Shown here in pieces: positions 35,972 through 47,429 of a stretch of DNA of 64,000 nucleotides. The DNA comes from Anthoceros angustus (lineage: Eukaryota > Plantae > Anthocerotophyta). The position numbers and the translations under genes were made by a program. The notes below the pieces were generated by a model. It was not told the DNA's origin and made no database searches. It worked only from the letters and a program-made list of their open reading frames with translations. Numbering within the stretch: the first letter of the stretch is position 1; the number at the start of each line of letters is the position of its first letter. The DNA is taken from positions 434,001 to 498,000 of the forward strand of contig VJWM01000116.1 of assembly GCA_010909165.1 (NCBI GenBank), given 5' to 3'.

Positions 35972-38900
35972 TAGGAAAGTTTTGAAGAATGCACGATTAC
36001 TCTGTGATGCTCATTCTATTAGAGTAGATTACACAAGTTACAATATTGTTCTTGTTCTTATGGCAGTGCCTATGAAGAGTTGTGACGGTTGAGAAAGATG
36101 TCTGTTCAGGCAGTAGGTGCCGATTCACTGAGTGGCATGAACTGTTTTGCTAGCTGGTCTTCATCACTCCCGCTCAGTTCAAGCCACCTCAAGAATACTA
36201 CTTACTTGCAGTGTTTACTAGTCCTAAGGATGCTATTAGTGACTCATGGCGGATTCTAGGTAGTGACTTCGTGAGTAAGTCAGCCAGGTTAGATTCTGTG
36301 GGGACATAGACCACTTTAACGACATTCTTAGCTACTAGATGCCTGATAAAATGATAAGCTACTTCAATATGCTTAGTTCTAGCATGGAATCTGTCGCCCT
36401 CTGTCAAGGAGATTGCAGCTGTGTTGTCACAACGTAAGATGGTGGGATCAGATTGATCATAGCCAAGATCTTTCAGGATCTGCCGACAATGAATAACCTC
36501 CTTTCCGGCTTTTGAAAGTGCCCCATATTCGCTCTCTGCACTGGACAGTGAAATGGTAGCAAGTTTCTTGCTTGACCAGGAGACTGCTGAGCCGCCAAGA
36601 GTGAAGATGTAGGACGCAACACTGCGTCGGGCATCGGGATCGGATGCCCAGTCTGCATCTGCCCAGCCCTCAAAGTTGAGCTTGCCATCTGTAGATCTCT
36701 TGTAGACAATTCCAAGGTGAATGGTACCCTTTAGGTACCGGTAAATCCTCTTGACACACATCCAGTGTGTCCTGCCGGGGTTAGACATGAATTGTGCAAC
36801 GGCAGACGCAGCATAAGAGATATCATAACGTGTCCAACCATGGAGGTAGATGAGGCTACCGACAGCGCTCAAGTATGGCACCTTGGCCATATCCTCTTTT
36901 TCAACTTCAGTAGTAGGGCAATCATCAGCTGTGAGCTTCACTCCAGTTGGAAGCGGGGTTGGAGCAGGACGAGCATCTGACAGCTTAAACTTGTCCAGAA
37001 TTTCAAGGATGTACTTGGACTGTAGAAGAGTCAACGTTCCTGCTTCTCTGTCCCGTCGGATCTGCACACCAAGGCAGAATTCCAGGGGTCCAAGGTCTCT
37101 CATTTTGAACTTGGCAGCAAGCATCTCCTTTACGTCTGTAAGAAGCTTTCCTGGGTCATTGGTAAACATTATGCAATCGTCGACATATAGGGCCAGGGCC
37201 AAGAATTTGTCTCCTCTTCGCAGCAAGTATAGGTTCTGATCTGCTAAGGTCTTGACGAAACCAAATCGAATAAGGTGGCCGTCAATCAGCACATAAAATT
37301 CAGCTGGTGATTGCTTGAGGCCGTACAGGCCCTTGAGCAGCTTGCAGACCCAGGTAGGTCTCTTGGGGTCAACATACATCGGTGGTTGCTCCATGTAGAT
37401 TTCTTCCTTCAGTGTGGCATAAAGGAAGGCTGTTGAAATATCAAGCTGATGCACGTCAAGATCGTACTCAGCCGCAATTGCCAGAAGGAATCTGACTGAT
37501 TGAGCAGCCACCACGGGTGCATAGATGTTCTCTCCATAGTCAAGGCCAGGCCTTTGACTGTAGCCCTTGACCACCAGCCTTGCCTTGAGTCTTTCTGTTG
37601 TTCCATCGGATTTCAGCTTTCGTTTGAAGGTCCATTTGCACTTAATGGCCTTGCGGCCCGGAGGGAGTGGGGTGAGCACCCACGTCTTTAGCTCGATGAG
37701 AGAGTCGTACTCCTGTTGGACTGCCTTCATCCATCCTTCCTTGTCAGGAGATTTGAGTGCTTCTTCTAGGCTTGCGGGCTCAAGCACAAGAGTTGCAGCC
37801 AGCATAGCCCTTGCCATGAGGTTGTCCGGGGCCTCAGACACAGGGCTTGTCTCTGCAGACATGTTTTCAATATCAGAGACTTCAGAAGCGGCTTCTACTA
37901 TGATGGGCTGCTGTGGAACAGCTGGCTGCTGTGGAGCAGCTCCTGGGGCATGGTAAGCATCCAGATAGGCAGGGCGCCTACGAACTCTGGTAGATTGGCG
38001 TCTCTCCGGGATGATGGGTGCAGCGGAGGAAGGTTGTGCTGCAGCTAGATTTGAAGAAGAAGCGTCCTGAGCTCCTCCTGCAGGGACGACCTGAGAGAGC
38101 AATGGAGTTGTTTGAGGAAGGGGTTGGGGCACAGGAGGCTGTGCGACCGGCAGGGATCTCGGTGGAGCAGCTTGGTGCAGCTCAGGGATCTCTATCCCAG
38201 TATCCTCCTCCACATTGCGATTGGGGGAGTCAAAATCAGGGAAGGAGCCCATGATACTCCCGCTGTCTCCAGATAAGGTAGAAGGGAAATCCAGATGTTC
38301 ACGGACATAGACACTCCGAGAAATTGTAACCTGATGGGAGTGTGGGTGAATAAGCTTGTAGCCTTTTACTCCATCCAGATATCCAGCAAATATGAGCTTC
38401 TGTGCTCGGGGATCAAATTTACTGGTCTTGGGATCATGAGCATAACGCTTCTCCTTGGGAATCCAAGAGTAGGCTTCAGACCCGAATACCCGAAGGTGGG
38501 ACAAGGAGGGCTTGGTGCCACTCCAAAGCTCAAAGGGTGTCATGTCAGGTAATGGAGATGTAGGCAGGCGATTCACTAAGTGTGTAGCAGTAGAGACTGC
38601 CTCAGCCCAGTAACCACGAGACAGATTGGAGTGAGCCAACATGGCCCTAGCCATCTCCTGTAGACGCCGATTACAATTCTCCGCGACACCATTTTGCGCG
38701 TGAGCATAAGGAACGGTCACTTGTCGGGTGATTCCTTTGTCAGAAAGATAGGAGTTAAACTCTCCAGACATAAACTCACCCCCTCCATCCGAGCGTACAC
38801 ATTTAAGCTTGCAGCCAGTCTGGAGTTCAGCCATCGCATGGAATTCCCTAAACTTGTCAAAGGCCTCACTCTTAAGATGAAGAAAGTAAGTGTGGACCAT

Positions 38901-41012
38901 ACGGGATTTATCGTCAACCACGGGCATAAAGTAGGATGCTCCTCCAAACGAATGGGTTGACATAGGGCCGCAAAGGTCAATGTGCACCAGCTGAAGTAAC
39001 TCAGTAGCACGGTGAGTGGAGGCGCGAGGGTATGGTGTCTCCTTACTTTTACCTAGCAGACAGCCTTCACAGAAGAGGGAATCACTAAACTCAGGCAGAG
39101 GTTCTGCGTAAAGCTGTCTTGCTTGCATCTCCTTCATACGCTTCAGACTGGGATGACCCAAGCGGAGGTGCCATAGTTTCGTTACTTCTTCTTTATTTGA
39201 AGTCCGAGTCAATTGGGCTGATCCAAGGGTTGCTGTCGCTTCCAGAGTGTAGAGCCGATCCTCTTTCTCTCCACAGCAGATAACATCAAGGGGCTTCTCA
39301 TACAAGGAGATCTCACACTTCTGGCCCTTGAAGTGTATCTCGTGTTGCTTGTTATCTGTCAGGCTGCTGACTGAAACAAGGTTCTTTCCTACCTTGGGTA
39401 CATGAAGCACGTCTGTCAAGGTTATTGTGCCACCGGTCTTACACATTAGGGTAACTGTGCCGGTGCCAAGAACATTTGCAGTCCTGTTGTCTGCAACATA
39501 AATCAGCCCTCCCTCATGCAGTGGTCTGTAGGTGTAGAAGCAACTACGGTCCTTACAGATGTGAGCGGAGGCGCCGCTATCTAAGTACTAGGAGGAGCAA
39601 CTGTCACTGCCAGGTGTGAGAGCAGTGATAAGAATCGTTGGTGCTCGCTGCACAACGTGAGCACTTTGGGGACCAGGCTTTCTTGGTTCACCCGCTTGTT
39701 TGCTCCGGCACTCTCGTTCATAGTGCCCTAGTTTTCTGCACCAATTGCAGCTCCCTTTTCGACGGGGAGTGGCAGGGCCTGAAGAAGACGAGCTCTCTCC
39801 TCCCTTCCTGCTTTGCCAGTTTCTGTTTCTTGTCTGTCTTTGCCCGTGAGGGCCTGAGGTGTACAGGGCATGTCCTTGGGCAGCACTTCTTGAGGATCCC
39901 CTGGCAGAGTCCTCCTCGATGACGGCCGCTATGACCTCTGAGAGGGTCATTTCATCTCCAAGTTTTAGTTTGTGTGCTATTTGTGATTGTTTGATAAGAC
40001 CGTTTTGTGTGGCTGTAAAGGTACGCCAGCTTTGTGGTAGTGTCATGAGGAGGGCTATAGCCGCCTCAGGCTCTGAGAGAGTTTTACCGCATGAGGCTAG
40101 TCTTGCTCTTAGGGTTCGAAAGGTGCTGAGATGTGCATGGATACTATCCCCATCCTTATATTTAAGGAGGTGAAAGTGCCTTGTCGCTGTAGCAACGTGC
40201 TGTGGGTCAGTTGCTTCATACATCTGGCGGAAGCGTTCCCAGATAGTGTGGGATGTAGCCGCACCAAAGGTATGGTGCACCATGTCCTTATCTAGTCCTG
40301 CAATTAGAAGATTCTTGGCTTTCCTATCTGATTTATTCCACTGATCAAGGTCTGGACCTGTGGTGATAGGGCAAGGGAGCGATCCGTCAACTATTGTCCA
40401 CAGATCAGCATCCTCTAAATGTCCTCTCATCCTGGTAGACCACACATTGTAATCGGTACCAGTGAACCTATCTTTTTCTTTTATTTCGATGCGGAAGCTG
40501 CTGAGATATGCAGGGTTGGGTTGAGCAGCTCCTCCGCCAGCTCCTCCACCGGCTCCTGACATGATGTCAGGGTTTGACGCAAGTCCCAGGCTTCAACGTG
40601 ATGTTTGTTGCATTATCTGATGCTCTTGAAAGGGTGTAGCACTGATGTCTTTGGTGGTTGTAGAGGAATCGAGAAGCCAGGAAATATTCCTCATGTGGCA
40701 GTGCCTTAGGCATGCGTATTCCCATATTTTGGTCCATGGCTTCTAGCCACCAGAAGCTTCAAGCGCGCCAGTGTGGCTTCTCATCACAGTGCGTGATTAA
40801 CTCATGCTCTGATACCATAGGAAAGTTTTGAAGAATGCACGATTACTCTGTGATGCTCATTCTATTAGAGTAGATTACACAAGTTACAATATTGTTCTTG
40901 TTCTTATGGCAGTGCCTATGAAGAGTTGTGACGGTTGAGAAAGATGTCTGTTTAGGCAATAGGTGCCGATTCACTGAGTGGCATGAACTGTTTTGCTAGC
41001 TGGTCTTCATCA
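35972..41012 (-). mobile_element. Full-length Ty1/Copia LTR retrotransposon, 5041 bp
   Basis: 195-bp LTRs at 35972-36166 and 40818-41012 with 2 mismatches; TSD GGACA at 35967-35971 and 41013-41017; tRNA-Met PBS (+ strand TGCTCTGATACCA, 40805-40817); PPT GAGCGGGAG next to the 3' LTR; gag-PR-IN-RT-RH order. Confidence 0.98.
36198..40562 (-). CDS. Copia gag-pol polyprotein, one frame with a single TAG at 39590-39588
   Basis: Gag with CCHC knuckle CNWCRKLGHYEREC; protease *YLDSGASAH; GAG-pre-integrase LWHLRLGH; integrase HIDLCGP..RSDGGGEF..QNGVAE; RT LALYVDD; RNase H ADADWA..SAESEY..CDN..ADLLTK. The two track ORFs are 1116 nt apart at their starts, so they share a frame. Confidence 0.96.
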
Positions 41013-41391
41013 GGACAGGAACGGAAGACCAAGCTAAAGAATTTCTAGAAGATTGTGGTCGATGAGGGCTTATTATTTTCTTCTCATGAGAGCAAGCTCT
41101 TGGCCATGGAGCTGTTGCTACTCCTGCTCCCACGCTTGTTGTGATCTACAATGTGGACGTGTGGCTCGAGAACTTTGCCTCGTTTTCTTCCGTAGTGCTG
41201 CCCACTACAATTCTGATGCAAGGCTAAGGTGCTACATGCTTTTTCCAGGCTTCGTGGCCTCGAAGGAATTCTTCCCTAGCGTTGCCGTAGGGGTGAAGGC
41301 TCGGAAAGCCACGTCCCTGGCTTTCTGGAATATCCGGGTGGCCAAGCGGAGTTGCCGAGTGTACAGGCGTATGATAAGTTGAAGGCAAGAG

Positions 41392-41880
41392 AAACCTTCA
41401 TGAATATTGTGATAATAAGACAAACCTTCATGAATATTGTGATAAGTGAGAATGTGAGGTCAAACCTTCATGAATATTATGATAACTGAGAATGTGAGGT
41501 AAGAAGAAGTTGATGCGTCTGCGAGTCCTTGGGTTCAGCAGGCGAGTTGTAGCATGTCATCTTTAGTCCCGCGACGATTTACAAAGTGCATGTGTATCAT
41601 GTCGAGATGGTATTTTTGAAAGACGCTCTAATCCTACTACGCAATGCCCCGCCAAAAGTGCATAATGTGCGCTTGTAAACGTGGGGTGTGTGGAGAAGAA
41701 CCCGAGGAAGGGGACAAATGCCACGCTTATGGGAGATGTTTGTCATGTATACGGGAGATGTCGCAATCTGTTTTATGCTTAGAGCACCAAATGAGGACTG
41801 ACATAACCAAAATGCCTAGAGCACCAAATGAGGACTGACATAACCAAAATGCCTAGAGCACCAAATGAGGACTGGCATAG
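41392..41880. repeat. Two short tandem arrays: AAACCTTCATGAATATT(G/A)TGATAA x3 (41392-41500) and a 37-bp unit x~2.8 (41780-41880)
   Basis: AGAGCACCAAATGAGGACTG at 41781, 41818 and 41855. Confidence 0.88.
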
Positions 41881-41904
41881 CGAAAATAATTGCTAGGTAA
41901 ATGC

Positions 41905-43300
41905 AGCGCCGGTGGAGTTTCCAAGCTGGCTCTGTGTCCTAAGGAGGTTTCACAAGCAATTTCGCCGGAGATGAAATTGAAGTGGCGGTGCTTCGAATAT
42001 CAGAAGGTAGGAGTGGGAGTGAATCAGGACGGAACCTCCAAGTCCAGAAGTAAAGCTAGTTTATAGAGAAACACATCCGTCGGCGATGATTGACTGATTG
42101 TTATGGACTTCTCGCAAAACTATGTTTTCCAAGTTTAGAACGACATAGAATCAATGCACTGGCATAGTGATCAAGTTATTATTCTAGTCCATGTTAAATA
42201 TATGCGGATGGGGTCAGTGGTGGAGGAGGACCCTACTGTAATGTTCAAAAGTTTTACCACTCGTACATTAGTGATGACATGCAGCATGACACTCTCTTTG
42301 CCCAGCATGCCCTTATGCTACATTGGGACTGGCTACTGTCCAGTGGATATAAGAGTCTATGGGAGCATTGGATGTGGTCGGATGGTGCAACTTCTCAGCT
42401 TAAGGCTTGCAGACCAAGCTATTTTGTGGCGAGGTACCCAAGTCTAACTGGGGGATGCAAAATGCTATGGAGCTGTTTTGGGTCAGGACACGGAAAAGGG
42501 GAGCCCGACGGGGCATGTGCCATATTAAAGAGGGCATTACGTACTGAAGAGATGTCACCTTCATCGACAAGGCTGCAGAGTGCAGTAGACGTTGTCGAGT
42601 TCCTGCGTTCCAGCACATCTAACGGGGCAGCATCCTCCTACACAAGTGGAGAAAGGCAGGTGCAATGGGTTTTTTGGTTGGTGGGAAAGAATAAAGTCAA
42701 CCGCAGGCAGTGGTGGGGGTGTGCACCAATCTCGGGTTCTAAAGACATGCACAACATTTTTAGGGACTCAGTGGATGCAACCAACCCTTGACTCAAGATG
42801 CGGCATCTAACGTGTTTTTGTGGTATTTGCATGGACAGCGACCATGCAGCATTGAGATATTGCCCTATACAGGCATCTGGCATTCAATTACTCTGAGGCC
42901 GGACAGTAGGGAACCTATTGGTTGAATTCAGACCCGACGATGCTGTGTACCATTGTCACTAAATGCTCTTGGACCAGATGGGCCGCCTGCTCCTGTGGAC
43001 GATGGGGTTGCAAGTGAGGATGTCTCTAAAATCACAAACCTCTTGGAGCTTGGAGACAACTTTATGGTGCGTACAGATCCTAGGGACGAAGGTTCAACTT
43101 TTTATTTGGCAAAGTGCATTGTTGCAGTGCATGTGACCACGGAGCACATTACCTGTCCCTAGAGCAAGCAGAACTTCCTTCCAGGTAATAAGATGGTTGT
43201 GGGCCAAACACGATAATATTTGAAGCAGCTGAATATACATCAAGTGGCTTTTGACGTGAATATACGCGGAACGGGGTTTTTGATGGGCATTGAAATGCCA
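41905..43300 (+). mobile_element. Degraded DDD transposase, Sola2-like (superfamily tentative)
   Basis: KLALCPKE..KWRCFEY; VMDFSQNY.FQV*NDIESMHWHSDQV; SDDMQHD; WSDGATSQLK; FGSGHGKGEPDGACAILKRAL; MRHLTCFCGICMD; LELGDNFMV..FYLAKC. Multiple stops, frameshifts and an internal deletion near 42095. Confidence 0.7.
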
Positions 43301-43689
43301 TATTTAAGCATACCCTGCAGAAGGAGGCACACAATTAGGGTGTCGTAGAGAAGTTTATATCTTTCAGCGGCCCACAGTGGTAGACAAAAGGTTTCCTCCT
43401 ATAGGACGACCATTCTTTTCGATGGAAATGATGCCCATGTTGTTAATCCATGCGATTCGTTAAACAACAGTAAATGAACATGGAAGACCATCTCTGTAGT
43501 AGCATCGAAGGGAATGCATATGGCTATTTCTATATTTGTGCTATACATCCCATCCAGATACGGTCGATGTCTTTGTGCACAACAGCCGACGGTATGAAGA
43601 CCCTAAACATACCATAAGTGACATGGGCATGCGGCCAAGTCATGCCCAATGGCTACATGCCTTGGCGGGGATCTGCGCCCAAGATTCAT

Positions 43690-44165
43690 GGTCTTTGGCA
43701 ATGAATGTGGACGTCGGACAGACACCCTCCTTCTTCTAAGAAACTACCTGAACCGTAATGGCTTCTCCGGACTGCTCAATGTCGGACAGACACCTAAGCA
43801 AGTGGCTAAGAAACCACCCGAACCGTGATGGCTTCTCCGGACAGGCTATAAAAAACAAGGAGCATGGAAGAACATAAGGGCATGAAGAAGAAGAAGAAAG
43901 ATGAGGGTATGAGGGCGCCGGCATGCCGGCGTCTTCATTCAAGATATACTTTATGTTTCAATTCACTATCACAGGAAAGTTTATGAAGCGGTAAGACTAG
44001 GGGAATATAATGGAGAGGTAAAGCGGTAAGACTAGGGGAATATGATGGAGAGGTGAAGCCCTAAGACCAAGGGAATATAATGGAGAGGTCTTGGGTTCAA
44101 GGTTCGATTTAGGGTGCCCTTTAAAGATAAATTTTTAGGGCGCCCTTTAAAGATAAATTTTTCCT
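43690..44165. repeat. Cluster of short direct repeats (~72 bp x2, ~35 bp x3, ~26 bp x2)
   Basis: GTCGGACAGACACC..GAACCGT(A/G)ATGGCTTCTCCGGAC twice; TAAGAC..GGGAATAT(A/G)ATGGAGAGG three times; TTTAGGG(T/C)GCCCTTTAAAGATAAATTTT twice. Confidence 0.85.
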
Positions 44166-45218
44166 AGTGTGTAGGGAATATGGATTGAAATGAGAGAGAT
44201 TATAATTTGACGTTACTAGTTCAAGTCATGCTTTTTTATTTTGGCCAGCATAGTTTGTGTTGTAAAAGTGATAGACAATTGGTTCGGTTTCAAATCTCCT
44301 TATTCTAGTAATTCCTAATCTTGGACTCAAAATCATGGAAATTATTTTCAAATTTCAACGGTTTTCTAAGCACGCTGTTTGAAATTACCCATGCCCTAAT
44401 ATTCATGATTGCAAATTGTACTGGAATCGGAATGGTGAAGAGAGACATGACACGGCCAAGTTTCTTCCCTCTTCTCGAGCTCACTGCAGGCCGTGATTAT
44501 CTTCCTACGGAGGTCATAGCAATTGAACACGTATTTTGTGTGTTGGACACCATCTTTGTGAGCGACCTAGGATGCATCGTCATCGGAAGTGTCAAAGGTG
44601 GTGTGTTCTTTCTCATTCTCTTGCTCGAGCAAGCGATACATGGCCTAATGAATGTAAGTCATAATGTGCATGGGTGCACGACATGTGGTTGTAAGCCCTA
44701 GTGTTAATGCGGACGCATGCACATCGGCGCTCACAGAAAACTTATCTACGGACGCCGGCATGCCGGCGCCCTATGGAGGGAGCATAAGAACATAGGGTGC
44801 TAGCATATTGGTGCCTTCATTAGTATAACCCTAACCCTAGGGTTAGAGTTTAGGTCTCACTTGTTTTGTGACGCGGGTTAGGCGCACGTGGGTCGAGGGT
44901 TACATACTGTTATGTTGAAGTTTGTGTTGTGCAAAGAGCGCCGGCATGCCGGTGCCCTCCGACTTCTGAATCCTTTCACGAGTAACGCCTTCAGGGCCGA
45001 TTTTTGATCCGTCCATGACACCCTATTATAAACATGTCGGAGGGGTTCGGTATGGGCACTAGTAAGCCGGCGCCAACCACCATACCTAGACAGGTATTGC
45101 TCTTACAAATGGATTGAAATTGTAATCCGAAGGAATACCACCTACCCCAAATAATCAAAAAATTCTTAAATATACAATATAGTTACTGTCAAGATTTGCG
45201 CAAGAGGGTTTTTGATTT

Positions 45219-45485
45219 CCAGAAGCGGGTTCGTATATTCAGCCGCTTCAAATATTATGGTGTTGCCAATACTACTCCGGGCTCGAGCCAGATGGTTGTG
45301 TGTACAATTTGGATCACGAGGCTGCGAAGGTCACCCTTCTTTCAACCTGCGTGGAGAGCTGCAAGTTCCCACTTTTGGAACGAGTGGAAGGAGGCCGGCT
45401 AGTGTATGTGCTGGACTCAAACACGGTCGAGTTCTTTAAGGAGACTGTGAGGGAGGGAAACCAAAACCCATTCGTGTTTTCTTAG
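45219..45485 (+). pseudogene. Coding remnant homologous to the transposase C-terminal domain (second half)
   Basis: GSYIQPLQIL..QYYSGLEP..VYNL..KVTLLSTCVESCKFPLLE..YVL aligns by eye with the 46879-46337 ORF. Confidence 0.45.
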
Positions 45486-46336
45486 TCTATGACTCTAAGG
45501 CCTCAATTGTACATATGCCAAACCCGCTTACGAAATGACTTTGACGAACTTGTAAATACCATGGTCTGGTTGCACAAGATGTAACCATCTTCACACAAAA
45601 AAGGGTCCCGCTCCACTCTGCATGACATCTGGAGCAATTTGCTTGAATTGCGACTTTTGCAGATGACCATGTCTAACTCAAAATCGTTATAAAAACCGCC
45701 CCCATAGAGGCTTATATACCGTACGCTTGATACAAGTGAGCCATGGCTGCGACGTCAGATGCGGGTGTTGTTGTGTTGGCAGGCGCGGGTGTTGCTGCGA
45801 TGGCGGGTGCAAGAGTCGCTGCGAAGGCGATTGCAAGTGTCGGTGCGATGGCGCACACGGGTGTTGGAGCGATGCCGGACGCAGAGCGTAGGCGGAGACC
45901 ATTCATGGCACAGGCAGCCTATTGGGCAAGTGTCCGGGAAGACCTGCATAGTCGTTTGGTGGTGATGCGGCAACCGCAAATCCGGCTGGTGCAGCTAATG
46001 CCGGAAAGGCTACCCATGGCCAGCGAGGAGTCGGTGATCACAAACGTCGATGGCCACCATAAGATGAGGCTGAGGATACACAATCCGTGAAGTCAAGCTA
46101 GTCTCCAAGAAGGGATCAAGAAACGGGCAAGCTTGAGGTGTATGACGGAAGTTTGTTATTTTCGAAGACTAGGTTTGTTCTTGCATGTTCAGGCGTGGTG
46201 TGTGTTGGAAGGAAGGCTCTCCCCGTGTACATGTGGGAGGCTCTATTGTTTCATTGATGAAAAACATCAAAATTATCCAACATTCTATCAAGTATCCCAA
46301 TTGGTGTCATTTCAAGTTTCTCCATTGTCCGGAAGT

Positions 46337-46879
46337 CTAGTCGCCTATAGTTAAGCGTTTGACCTGTGCCTCTAGGGCTTCCTCCAGTGTGGCTTGCACT
46401 GCAGGGCTTACCAAATACTTGGGCTCCTCGTTCTTGTCATGGGGATCCAACGTGTCTTCTTCCAGCATCTTGACTTTGGCCTGCAATACAAAGTCTGCGC
46501 ACAACAGGACAGTTTGCCTAAGCTTGCCCTTGTTCAGAAGCTGGTATAGCCCGGGCCCTACTTCCACGTAATAATTACCTTCAACAATCTCAAGGCCTTT
46601 GTGAATTATGCGTCCCTTCCAAAATTTGTCTTCATGTCGTGCTTCGAGTCTGCGTACACTCTTGACACACCTGAGGAGGTAGAATTTAACATTCTCCATA
46701 TTGCCTGGTTCCGGACGTACCCTATAGTTATCTCCAGGCTCCAACTCTCGCACCGCCGGAGACAAGTGACTAGTCTTCGGTCTTGATGCATGCTTCGGCT
46801 TGGTCGTCTTTGGAGCCTTACGCTTCGTACCTCTACTCCCATATATGGGTATAGCATCTTCGCACCTGTGACGCGACAA
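46337..46879 (-). CDS. TE-associated ORF (probably a terminal exon) with a basic patch and a stand-alone copy of the transposase C-terminal domain
   Basis: 180-codon open frame; LEPGDNYRVRPEPGNMENVKFYLLRCVKSV resembles LELGDNFMVRTDPRDEGSTFYLAKCIVAV at ~43040. Confidence 0.6.
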   Translation of the reverse strand: MSRHRCEDAIPIYGSRGTKRKAPKTTKPKHASRPKTSHLSPAVRELEPGDNYRVRPEPGNMENVKFYLLRCVKSVRRLEARHEDKFWKGRIIHKGLEIVEGNYYVEVGPGLYQLLNKGKLRQTVLLCADFVLQAKVKMLEEDTLDPHDKNEEPKYLVSPAVQATLEEALEAQVKRLTIGD

Positions 46880-47429
46880 GGAACCATGATCACGGTGTCT
46901 ACAACGGCCTGAGGTGGAGAATGACCGGCTTGAGGTGGAGAAGGACTGACCTCAGGTGGAGAATGAGCGGCCTGCTCAGGTGTGGACGTTGTTGCAAGGT
47001 TGTCCAAAACTTCAGCATCATGTGAAAAGTCATCAAGTGGCAAAACTGTGTTCAAGGATTGGATGTCATCCACCAAGCCGCCCACCTTGTCATCACCTCC
47101 ATGGACCAAATGATCTGGGCCCCCCACACTGTACCTTTTTCCACAGCCACTGGGTCCTCCTTTGATCCTCTTGCTACCTGTGTGTTGTCTTCCTGCTGCA
47201 ATTCCGTTGTTGCAGCCTCCTATAGGCCTACACCAAATTGCCCCCCCCTTGCATTGGTCTCGTTTTTATCACCAAGGGCGGGTCCAAGCACTCCCCTCCG
47301 TGACTTGACCCGGCACGCCAAAAACTGAGCAGTAAGAGCCACTGCCATGGGTGGCAAATAGAGTCGCCCTGTTCCGAATGGGAACATGGCAACTGGCACT
47401 TGTCACCAAAGGCAGCTTTTCATAGCAAG

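Larger units (their letters stand above)
34907..41135 (+). pseudogene. MYBBP1A: DNA polymerase V / POL5 / MYBBP1A-family pseudogene, interrupted by Copia and 3'-truncated
   Basis: MGRKHRR start; CAPNVCYALRPLVRGLSSSRETVRQGFASAL; PDALLMAL; HLSALV..NETTC.PRVYSLWPV; after the Copia, KNF*KIVVDEGLLFSSHESKLLAMELLLLLLPRL. Stops at 35204 and 41046 and at least 3 frameshifts (~35680, ~35818, ~35925). Confidence 0.88.
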
